Assembly (NCBI GenBank): GCA_964016885.1 | Contig: CAXHJY010000096.1 | Location: 1,984,001-2,048,000, forward strand | Source: Eledone cirrhosa | Taxonomy: Eukaryota | Length of the DNA: 64,000 bases | Reading direction: 5' to 3' | Shown here: positions 24,601-36,200 of the stretch, piece by piece | Layout of the letters: each line of letters opens with the position of its first letter | Numbering within the stretch: position 1 is the stretch's first letter | Program-made: the position numbers and the translations under genes | The notes under the pieces: generated by a model | Seen by the model: the letters and a program-made list of their open reading frames with translations, nothing else | Database searches by the model: none | Told to the model about the DNA's origin: nothing

Positions 24601-27600
24601 CAGCCGTCCAAGGGGAGATAATTTCCAGCCGTCCAAGGGGAGATAATTTTTTTTAAAAAATCAGGCGGAGATAATTTGTAAAAAAAAATCAGGGGGAGAT
24701 AATTCGTAAAAAAAATCAGGGGGAGATAATTTGTAAAAAAAAATCAGGGGGAGATAATTTGTAAAAAAAATCAAGGGGAGATAATTTCCAGCCGTCCAAG
24801 GGGAGGTAATATCTAGCCGTCCAAGGGGAGATAATTTCCAGCCGTCCAAGGGGAGATAATTTCCAGCCGTCCAAGGGGAGATAATTTCCAGCCGTCCAAG
24901 GAGACATATTTTCCAGCCGTCCAAGGCGAGGTAATTTCTAGCCGTCCAAGGGGAGATAAATTCCAGCCTCCAAGGGGAGATAATTTCCAGCCAGCCAAGG
25001 GGAGATAATTTGTAAAAAAATCAGGGGGAGATAATTTGTAAAAAATATCAGGGAGATAATTTGTAAAAAAAAATCAGGGGGAGATAATTTGTAAAAAAAA
25101 TCAGGGGGAGATAATTTGTAAAAAAAAATCAGGGGGAGATAATTTGTAAAAAAAATCAAGGGGAGATAATTTCCAGCCGTCCAAGGGGAGATAATTTTCA
25201 GCCGTCCAAGGAGAGGTAATTTCTAGCCGTCCGAGGAGAGATAATTTCCAGCCGTCCAAGGGGAGATAATTTCCAGCCGTCCAAGGGGAGATAATTTCCA
25301 GCCGTCCAAGGAGACATATTTTCCAGCCGTCCAAGGAGAGGTAATTTCTAGCCGTCCAAGGGGAGATAAATTCCAGCCTCCAAGGGGAGATAATTTCCAG
25401 CCAGCCAAGGGGAGATAATTTGTAAAAAAATCAGGGGGAGATAATTTGCAAAAAAAATCAGGGGGAGATAATTTGTAAAAAAATCAGGGGGAGATAATTT
25501 GTAAAAAATAATCAGGGGGAGATAATTTCCAGCCGTCGAAGGGGAGATAATTTAAAAAAAAATCAGGCGGAGATAATTTGTAAAAAAAAATCAGGGGGAG
25601 ATAATTTGTAAAAAAAAATCAGGGGGAGATAATTTGTAAAATAAATCAAGGGGAGATAATTTCCAGCCGTCCAAGGGGAGATAATTTTCAGCCGTCCAAG
25701 GGGAGATAATTTCCCGCCAGCCAAGGGAAGATAATATTTAAAAAAATCAGGCGGAGATAATTTGTAAAAAAAATCAGGGGGAGATAATTTGTAAAAAAAT
25801 CAGGGGGAGATAATTTGTAAAAAAAAATCAGGGGGCGATAATTTGTAAAAAAAATCAGGGGGAGATAATTTGTAAAAAAAAATCAGGGGTAGATAATTTG
25901 TAAAAAAAAATCAGGGGGAGATAATTTGTAAAAAAAAATCAGGGGGAGATAATTTGTAAAAAAAATGAAAGGGGAGATAATATCCAGCCGTCCAAGGGGA
26001 GATAATTTCCAGCCGTCCAAGGGGAGATAATTTCCAGCCGTCCAAGGGGAGATAATTTCCATCCTTCCAAGGGGATATAATTTCCAGCCGTCCAAGGGGA
26101 GATAATTTCCATCCTTCCAAGGGGATATAATTTCCAGCCGTCCAAGGGGAGATAATTTTCAGTCGTCCAAGGAGAGGTAATTTCTAGCCGTCCAAGGAGA
26201 GATAATTTCCAGCCGTCCAAGGGGAGATAATTACCAGCCGTCCAAGGGGAGATAATTTCCAGCCGTCCAAGGAGACATATTTTCCAGCCGTCCAAGGAGA
26301 GGTAATTCCTAGCCGTCCAAGGGGAGATAAATTCCAGCCTCCAAGGGGAGATAATTTCCAGCCAGCCAAGGGGAGATCATTTGTAAAAAAAATCAGATGG
26401 AGATAATTTGTAAAAAAAATCAGGGGGAGATAATTTGTAAAAAAAAATCAGAGGGAGATAATTTGTAAAAAATAATCAGGGGGAGATAATTTGTAAAAAA
26501 AATCAAGGGGAGATAATTTCCAGCCGTCCAAGGGGAGATAATTTTCAGCCGTCCAAGGGGAGATAATTTCCCGCCAGCCAAGGGAAGATAATATTTAAAA
26601 AAATTAGGCGGAGATAATTTGTAAAAAAAATCAGGGGGAGATAATTTGTAAAAAAATCAGGGGGAGATAATTTGTAAAAAAAATCAGGGGGAGATAATTT
26701 GTAAAAAAAAATCAGGGGTAGATAATTTGTAAAAAAAAATCAGGGGGAGATAATTTGTAAAAAAAATCAGGGGGAGATAATTTGTAAAAAAAATCAGGGG
26801 GAGATAATTTGTAAAAAAAAATCAGGGGTAGATAATTTGTAAAAAAAAATCAGGGGGAGATAATTTGTAAAAAAAATCAAGGGGAGATAATTTCCAGCCG
26901 TCCAAGGGAAGATAATTTCCAGCCCTCCAAGGGGCTATAATTTCCAGCGTCCAAGGGGAGATAATTTCCAGCCAGCGAAGGGGAGATAATTTTTTTTTCA
27001 AAATCATTGGGAGATTTGTAAAAAAAATCAGGGGGAGATAATTTGTAAAAAAAATCAAGGGGAGATAATTTCCAGCCGTCCAAGGGGAGGTAATATCTAG
27101 CCGTCCAAGGGGAGATAATTTCCAGCCGTCCAAGGGTAGATAATATCCAGCCGTCCAAGGACATATTTTCCAGCCGTCCAAGGAGAGGTAATTTCTAGCC
27201 GTCCAAGGGGAGATAAATTCCAGCCTCCAAGGGGAGATAATTTCCAGCCAGCCAAGGGGAGATAATTTGTAAAAAAATCAGGGGGAGATAATTTGTAAAA
27301 AAAATCAGGGGGAGATAATTTGTAAAAAAAAATCAGGGGGAGATAATTTGTAAAAAAAAATCAGGGGGAGATAATTTGTAAAAAAAATCAGGGGGAGATA
27401 ATTTGTAAAAAAAATCAAGGGGAGATCATTTCCAGCCGTCCAAGGGAGATAATTTTCAGCCGTCCAAGGGGAGATAATTTCCCGCCAGCCAAGGGAAGAT
27501 AATATTTAAAAAAATCAGGCGGAGATAATTTGTAAAAAAAATCAGGGGGAGATAATTTGTAAAAAAATCAGGGGGAGATAATTTGTAAAAGAAAAATCAG

Positions 27601-29091
27601 GGGGAGATAATTTGTAAAAAAAATCAGGGGGAGATAATTTGTAAAAAAAAATCAGGGGTAGATAATTTGTAAAAAAAAATCAGGGGGAGATAATTTGTAA
27701 AAAAAATCAGAGGGAGATAATTTGTAAAAAAAATGAAAGGGGAGATAATATCCAGCCGTCCAAGGGGAGATAATTTCCAGCCGTCCAAGGGGAGATAATT
27801 TCCAGCCGTCCAAGGGGAGATAATTTCCATCCTTCCAAGGGGATATAATTTCCAGCCGTCCAAGGGGAGATAATTTCCCGCCAGCCAAGGGAAGATAATT
27901 TTTAAAAAAATCAGGCGGAGATTGTAAAAAAAATCAGGGGGGAGATAATTTGTAAAAAAATCAGGGGGAGATAATTTGTAAAAAAAAATCAGGGGGAGAT
28001 AATTTGTAAAAAATAATCAGGGGGAGATAATTTGTAAAAAAAAATCAAGGGGAGATAATTTCCAGCCGTCCAAGGGGAGATAATTTCCCGCCAGCCAAGG
28101 GAAGATAATATTTAAAAAAATTAGGCGGAGATAATTTGTAAAAAAAATCAGGGGGAGATAATTTGTAAAAAAATCAGGGGGAGATAATTTGTAAAAAAAA
28201 TCAGGGGGAGATAATTTGTAAAAAAAATCATGGGGAGATAATTTGTAAAAAAAAATCAGGGGTAGATAATTTGTAAAAAAAAATCAGGGGGAGATAATTT
28301 GTAAAAAAAAATCAGGGGGAGATAATTTGTAAAAAAAATCAAGGGGAGATAATTTCCAGCCGTCCAAGGGGAGATAATTTTCAGCCGTCCAAGAAGAGGT
28401 AATTTCTAGCCGTCCAAGGGGAGATAATTTCCAGCCGTCCAAGGGGAGGTAATTTCCAGCCGTCCAAGGGGAGATAATTTTAAAAAAAAAATCAGGCGGA
28501 GATAATTTGTAAAAAAAATCAAGGGGAGATACTTTGCAGCCGTCCAAGGGGAGATAATTTTCAGTCGTCCAAGGAGAGGTAATTTCTAGCCGTCCAAGGG
28601 GAGATAATTTCCAGCCGTCCAAGGAGAGATAATTTCCAGCCGTCCAAGGGGAGATAATTTTTTTTTAAAAATCAGGCGGAGATAATTTGTAAAAAAAATC
28701 AGGGGGAGATAATTTGTAAACAAAATCAGGGGGAGATAATTTGTAAAAAAAAATCAGGGGGAGATAATTTGTAAAAAAAATCAAGGAGAGATAATTTCCA
28801 GCCGTCCAAGGGAAGATAATTTCCAGCCGTCCAAGGAGACATATTTTCCAGCCGTCCAAGGCGAGGTAATTTCTAGCCGTCCAAGGGGAGATAAATTCCA
28901 GCCTCCAAGGGGAGATAATTTCCAGCCAGCCAAGGCGAGATAATTTGTAAAAAAATCAGGGGGAGATAATTTGTAAAAAATATCAGGGAGATAATTTGTA
29001 AAAAAAAATCAGGGGGAGATAATTTGTAAAAAAAATCAGGGGGAGATAATTTGTAAAAAAAAATCAGGGGGAGATAATTTGTAAAAAAAAT

Positions 29092-29515
29092 CAAGGGGAG
29101 ATAATTTCCAGCCGTCCAAGGGGAGATAATTTTCAGCCGTCCAAGGAGAGGTAATTTCTAGCCGTCCGAGGAGAGATAATTTCCAGCCGTCCAAGGGGAG
29201 ATAATTTCCATCCTTCCAAGGGGATATAATTTCCAGCCGTCCAAGGGGAGATAATTTCCATCCTTCCAAGGGGATATAATTTCCAGCCGTCCAAGGGGAG
29301 ATAATTTTCAGCCGTCCAAGGAGAGGTAATTTCTAGCCGTCCAAGGAGAGATAATTTCCAGCCGTCCAAGGGGAGATAATTTCCAGCCGTCCAAGGGGAG
29401 ATAATTTCCAGCCGTCCAAGGAGACATATTTTCCAGCCGTCCAAGGAGAGGTAATTCCTAGCCGTCCAAGGGGAGATAAATTCCAGCCTCCAAGGGGAGA
29501 TAATTTCCAGCCAGC
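29092..29515 (+). repeat. Longest pure type-A run seen (17 monomers, 424 bp)
   Basis: 16x25 bp plus 1x24 bp monomers with no B monomer. Copies lie at about 55183-55606 and 60493-60916. Confidence 0.8.
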
Positions 29516-32476
29516 CAAGGGGAGATAATTTGTAAAAAAAATCAGGGGGAGATAATTTGTAAAAAAAATCAGGGGGAGATAATTTGTAAAAAAAAATCAG
29601 GGGGAGATAATTTGTAAAAAATAATCAGGGGGAGATAATTTGTAAAAAAAATCAAGGGGAGATAATTTCCAGCCGTCCAAGGGGAGATAATTTTCAGCCG
29701 TCCAAGGGGAGATAATTTCCCGCCAGCCAAGGGAAGATAATATTTAAAAAAATTAGGCGGAGATAATTTGTAAAAAAAATCAGGGGGAGATAATTTGTAA
29801 AAAAATCAGGGGGAGATAATTTGTAAAAAAAATCAGGGGGGAGATAATTTGTAAAAAAATCAGGGGGAGATAATTTGTAAAAAATAATCAGGGGGAGATA
29901 ATTTGTAAAAAAATTCAAGGGGAGATAATTTCCAGCCGTCCAAGGGGAGATAATTTCCCGCCAGCCAAGGGAAGATAATATTTAAAAAAATTAGGCGGAG
30001 ATAATTTGTAAAAAAAATCAGGGGGAGATAATTTGTAATAAAATCAGGGGGAGATAATTTGTAAAAAAAATCAGGGGGAGATAATTTGTAAAAAAAATCA
30101 TGGGGAGATAATTTGTAAAAAAAAATCAGGGGTAGATAATTTGTAAAAAAAAATCAGGGGGAGATAATTTGTAAAAAAAAATCAGGGGGAGATAATTTGT
30201 AAAAAAAATCAAGGGGAGATAATATCCAGCCGTCCAAGGAGAGATAATTTTAAAAAAAAATGAGGCGGAGATAATTTGTAAAAAAAAAATCAGGGGGAGT
30301 TAATTTGTAAAAAAAAATGAGGGGGAGATAATTTGTAAAAAAAATCAAGGGGAGATAATTTCCAGCCGTCCAAGGGGAGATAATTTTCAGCCGTCCAAGG
30401 AGAGGTAATTTCTAGCCGTCCAAGGGGAGATAATTTCCAGCCGTCCAAGGGGAGGTAATTTCCAGCCGTCCAAGGGGAGATAAATTAAAAAAAAAATCAG
30501 GCGGAGATAATTTGTAAAAAAAATCAAGGGGAGATAATTTGCAGCCGTCCAATGGGAGATAATTTTCAGTCGTCCAAGGAGAGGTAATTTCTAGCCGTCC
30601 AAGGGGAGATAATTTCCAGCCGTCCAAGGGGAGATAATTTCCAGCCGTCCAAGGGGAGATAATTTTTTTTTAAAAATCAGGCGGAGATAATTTGTAAAAA
30701 AAATCAGGGGGAGATAATTTGTAAACAAAATCAGGGGGAGATAATTTGTAAAAAAAAATCAGGGGGAGATAATTTGTAAAAAAAATTAGGCGTAGATAAT
30801 TTGTAAAAAAAAATCAGGGGGAGATAATTTGTAAAAAAAAATCAGGGGGAGATAATTTGTTTAAAAAATCAAGGGGAGATAATTTGCAGCCGTCCAAGGG
30901 GAGATAATTTTCAGCCGTCCAAGGAGAGGTAATTTCTAGCCGTTCAAGGGGAGATAATTTCCAGCCGTCCAAGGGGAGATAATTTCCAGCCGTCCAAGGG
31001 GAGATAATTTTTTTTAAAAAATCAGGCGGAGATAATTTGTAAAAAAAAATCAGGGGGAGATAATTCGTAAAAAAAAATCAGGGGGAGATAATTTGTAAAA
31101 AAAAATCAGGGGGAGATAATTTGTAAAAAAAATCAAGGGGAGATAATTTCCAGCCGTCCAAGGGGAGGTAATATCTAGCCGTCCAAGGGGAGATAATTTC
31201 CAGCCGTCCAAGGGGAGATAATTTCCAGCCGTCCAAGGGGAGATAATTTCCAGCCGTCCAAGGAGACATATTTTCCAGCCGTCCAAGGCGAGGTAATTTC
31301 TAGCCGTCCAAGGGGAGATAAATTCCAGCCTCCAAGGGGAGATAATTTCCAGCCAGCCAAGGGGAGATAATTTGTAAAAAAATCAGGGGGAGATAATTTG
31401 TAAAAAATATCAGGGAGATAATTTGTAAAAAAAAATCAGGGGGAGATAATTTGTAAAAAAAATCAGGGGGAGATAATTTGTAAAAAAAAATCAGGGGGAG
31501 ATAATTTGTAAAAAAAATCAAGGGGAGATAATTTCCAGCCGTCCAAGGGGAGATAATTTTCAGCCGTCCAAGGAGAGGTAATTTCTAGCCGTCCGAGGAG
31601 AGATAATTTCCAGCCGTCCAAGGGGAGATAATTTCCAGCCGTCCAAGGGGAGATAATTTCCAGCCGTCCAAGGAGACATATTTTCCAGCCGTCCAAGGAG
31701 AGGTAATTTCTAGCCGTCCAAGGGGAGATAAATTCCAGCCTCCAAGGGGAGTTAATTTCCAGCCAGCCAAGGGGAGATAATTTGTAAAAAAATCAGGGGG
31801 AGATAATTTGCAAAAAAAATCAGGGGGAGATAATTTGTAAAAAAATCAGGGGGAGATAATTTGTAAAAAATAATCAGGGGGAGATAATTTCCAGCCGTCG
31901 AAGGGGAGATAATTTAAAAAAAAATCAGGCGGAGATAATTTGTAAAAAAAAATCAGGGGGAGATAATTTGTAAAAAAAAATCAGGGGGAGATAATTTGTA
32001 AAATAAATCAAGGGGAGATAATTTCCAGCCGTCCAAGGGGAGATAATTTTCAGCCGTCCAAGGGGAGATAATTTCCCGCCAGCCAAGGGAAGATAATATT
32101 TAAAAAAATCAGGCGGAGATAATTTGTAAAAAAAATCAGGGGGAGATAATTTGTAAAAAAATCAGGGGGAGATAATTTGTAAAAAAAAATCAGGGGGCGA
32201 TAATTTGTAAAAAAAATCAGGGGGAGATAATTTGTAAAAAAAAATCAGGGGGAGATAATTTGTAAAAAAAAATCAGGGGGAGATAATTTGTAAAAAAAAT
32301 GAAAGGGGAGATAATATCCAGCCGTCCAAGGGGAGATAATTTCCAGCCGTCCAAGGGGAGATAATTTCCAGCCGTCCAAGGGGAGATAATTTCCATCCTT
32401 CCAAGGGGATATAATTTCCAGCCGTCCAAGGGGAGATAATTTCCATCCTTCCAAGGGGATATAATTTCCAGCCGTC

Positions 32477-33298
32477 CAAGGGGAGATAATTTTCAGCCGT
32501 CCAAGGAGAGGTAATTTCTAGCCGTCCAAGGAGAGATAATTTCCAGCCGTCCAAGGGGAGATAATTTCCAGCCGTCCAAGGGGAGATAATTTCCAGCCGT
32601 CCAAGGAGACATATTTTCCAGCCGTCCAAGGAGAGGTAATTCCTAGCCGTCCAAGGGGAGATAAATTCCAGCCTCCAAGGGGAGATAATTTCCAGCCAGC
32701 CAAGGGGAGATCATTTGTAAAAAAAATCAGGGGGAGATAATTTGTAAAAAAAATCAGGGGGAGATAATTTGTAAAAAAAAATCAGAGGGAGATAATTTGT
32801 AAAAAATAATCAGGGGGAGATAATTTGTAAAAAAAATCAAGGGGAGATAATTTCCAGCCGTCCAAGGGGAGATAATTTTCAGCCGTCCAAGGGGAGATAA
32901 TTTTCAGCCGTCCAAGGAGAGGTAATTTCTAGCCGTCCAAGGAGAGATAATTTCCAGCCGTCCAAGGGGAGATAATTTCCAGCCGTCCAAGGGGAGATAA
33001 TTTCCAGCCGTCCAAGGAGACATATTTTCCAGCCGTCCAAGGAGAGGTAATTCCTAGCCGTCCAAGGGGAGATAAATTCCAGCCTCCAAGGGGAGATAAT
33101 TTCCAGCCAGCCAAGGGGAGATCATTTGTAAAAAAAATCAGGGGGAGATAATTTGTAAAAAAAATCAGGGGGAGATAATTTGTAAAAAAAAATCAGAGGG
33201 AGATAATTTGTAAAAAATAATCAGGGGGAGATAATTTGTAAAAAAAATCAAGGGGAGATAATTTCCAGCCGTCCAAGGGGAGATAATTTTCAGCCGTC
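32477..33298 (+). repeat. 411-bp tandem duplication
   Basis: Identical ORFs lie at 32518 and 32929. Both copies carry GAGATCATTTGT and CAGAGGGAG. The duplication accounts exactly for the domain-2 offset change from 6334 to 6745. Confidence 0.92.
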
Positions 33299-36200
33299 CA
33301 AGGGGAGATAATTTCCCGCCAGCCAAGGGAAGATAATATTTAAAAAAATTAGGCGGAGATAATTTGTAAAAAAAATCAGGGGGAGATAATTTGTAAAAAA
33401 ATCAGGGGGAGATAATTTGTAAAAAAAATCAGGGGGAGATAATTTGTAAAAAAAAATCAGGGGTAAATAATTTGTAAAAAAAAATCAGGGGGAGATAATT
33501 TGTAAAAAAAATCAGGGGGAGATAATTTGTAAAAAAAATCAGGGGGAGATAATTTGTAAAAAAAAATCAGGGGTAGATAATTTGTAAAAAAAAATCAGGG
33601 GGAGATAATTTGTAAAAAAAATCAAGGGGAGATAATTTCCAGCCATCCAAGGGAAGATAATTTCCAGCCCTCCAAGGGGCTATAATTTCCAGCGTCCAAG
33701 GGGAGATAATTTCCAGCCAGCGAAGGGGAGATAATTTTTTTTTCAAAATCATTGGGAGATTTGTAAAAAAAATCAGGGGGAGATAATTTGTAAAAAAAAT
33801 CAAGGGGAGATAATTTCCAGCCGTCCAAGGGGAGGTAATATCTAGCCGTCCAAGGGGAGATAATTTCCAGCCGTCCAAGGGTAGATAATATCCAGCCGTC
33901 CAAGGACATATTTTCCAGCCGTCCAAGGAGAGGTAATTTCTAGCCGTCCAAGGGGAGATAAATTCCAGCCTCCAAGGGGAGATAATTTCCAGCCAGCCAA
34001 GGGGAGATAATTTGTAAAATAATCAGGGGGAGATAATTTGTAAAAAAAATCAGGGGGAGATAATTTGTAAAAAAAAATCAGGGGGAGATAATTTGTAAAA
34101 AAAAATCAGGGGGAGATAATTTGTAAAAAAAATCAGGGGGAGATAATTTGTAAAAAAAATCAAGGGGAGATCATTTCCAGCCGTCCAAGGGAGATAATTT
34201 TCAGCCGTCCAAGGGGAGATAATTTCCCGCCAGCCAAGGGAAGATAATATTTAAAAAAATCAGGCGGAGATAATTTGTAAAAAAAATCAGGGGGAGATAA
34301 TTTGTAAAAAAATCAGGGGGAGATAATTTGTAAAAGAAAAATCAGGGGGAGATAATTTGTAAAAAAAATCAGGGGGAGATAATTTGTAAAAAAAAATCAG
34401 GGGTAGATAATTTGTAAAAAAAAATCAGGGGGAGATAATTTGTAAAAAAAATCAGAGGGAGATAATTTGTAAAAAAAATGAAAGGGGAGATAATATCCAG
34501 CCGTCCAAGGGGAGATAATTTCCAGCCGTCCAAGGGGAGATAATTTCCAGCCGTCCAAGGGGAGATAATTTCCATCCTTCCAAGGGGATATAATTTCCAG
34601 CCGTCCAAGGGGAGATAATTTCCCGCCAGCCAAGGTAAGATAATTTTTAAAAAAATCAGGCGGAGATTGTAAAAAAAATCAGAGGGGAGATAATTTGTAA
34701 AAAAATCAGGGGGAGATAATTTGTAAAAAAAAATCAGGGGGAGATAATTTGTAAAAAATAATCAGGGGGAGATAATTTGTAAAAAAAAATCAAGGGGAGA
34801 TAATTTCCAGCCGTCCAAGGGGAGATAATTTCCCGCCAGCCAAGGGAAGATAATATTTAAAAAAATTAGGCGGAGATAATTTGTAAAAAAAATCAGGGGG
34901 AGATAATTTGTAAAAAAATCAGGGGGAGATAATTTGTAAAAAAAATCAGGGGGAGATAATTTGTAAAAAAAATCATGGGGAGATAATTTGTAAAAAAAAA
35001 TCAGGGGTAGATAATTTGTAAAAAAAAATCAGGGGGAGATAATTTGTAAAAAAAAATCAGGGGGAGATAATTTGTAAAAAAAATCAAGGGGAGATAATTT
35101 CCAGCCGTCCAAGGGGAGATAATTTTCAGCCGTCCAAGAAGAGGTAATTTCTAGCCGTCCAAGGGGAGATAATTTCCAGCCGTCCAAGGGGAGGTAATTT
35201 CCAGCCGTCCAAGGGGAGATAATTTTTAAAAAAAAATCAGGCGGAGATAATTTGTAAAAAAAATCAGGGGGAGATAATTTGTAAAAAAAATCAGGGGGAG
35301 ATAATTTGTAAAAAAAAATCAGGGGGAGATAATTTGTAAAAAAAATCAAGGAGAGATAATTTCCAGCCGTCCAAGGGAAGATAATTTCCAGCCGTCCAAG
35401 GAGACATATTTTCCAGCCGTCCAAGGCGAGGTAATTTCTAGCCGTCCAAGGGGAGATAAATTCCAGCCTCCAAGGGGAGATAATTTCCAGCCAGCCAAGG
35501 GGAGATAATTTGTAAAAAAATCAGGGGGAGATAATTTGTAAAAAATATCAGGGAGATAATTTGTAAAAAAAAATCAGGGGGAGATAATTTGTAAAAAAAA
35601 TCAGGGGGAGATAATTTGTAAAAAAAAATCAGGGGGAGATAATTTGTAAAGAAAATCAAGGGGAGATAATTTCCAGCCGTCCAAGGGGAGATAATTTTCA
35701 GCCGTCCAAGGAGAGGTAATTTCTAGCCGTCCGAGGAGAGATAATTTCCAGCCGTCCAAGGGGAGATAATTTCCAGCCGTCCAAGGGGAGATAATTTCCA
35801 GCCGTCCAAGGAGACATATTTTCCAGCCGTCCAAGGAGAGGTAATTTCTAGCCGTCCAAGGGGAGATAAATTCCAGCCTCCAAGGGGAGATAATTTCCAG
35901 CCAGCCAAGGGGAAATAATTTGTAAAAAAATCAGGGGGAGATAATTTGCAAAAAAAATCAGGGGGAGATAATTTGTAAAAAAAATCAGGGGGAGATAATT
36001 TGTAAAAAATAATCAGGGGGAGATAATTTCCAGCCGTCCAAGGGGAGATAATTTAAAAAAAAATCAGGCGGAGATAATTTGTAAAAAAAAATCAGGGGGA
36101 GATAATTTGTAAAAAAAAATCAGGGGGAGATAATTTGTAAAAAAAATCAAGGGGAGATAATTTCCAGCCGTCCAAGGGGAGATAATTTTCAGCCGTCCAA

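Larger units (their letters stand above)
24400..35230 (+). repeat. HOR domain 2, period 6,334-6,745 bp (about 1.6 copies)
   Basis: ORF offsets: 24813/31175, 24938/31300 and 25101/31463 = 6362; 25883/32217 and 26184/32518 = 6334; 26822/33567, 27624/34369 and 28284/35029 = 6745. Domain markers are GAGATCATTT, TTTCAAAATCATTGG, CAAGAAGAGG, GTCGAAGG and GGGGGCGATA. Confidence 0.88.
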
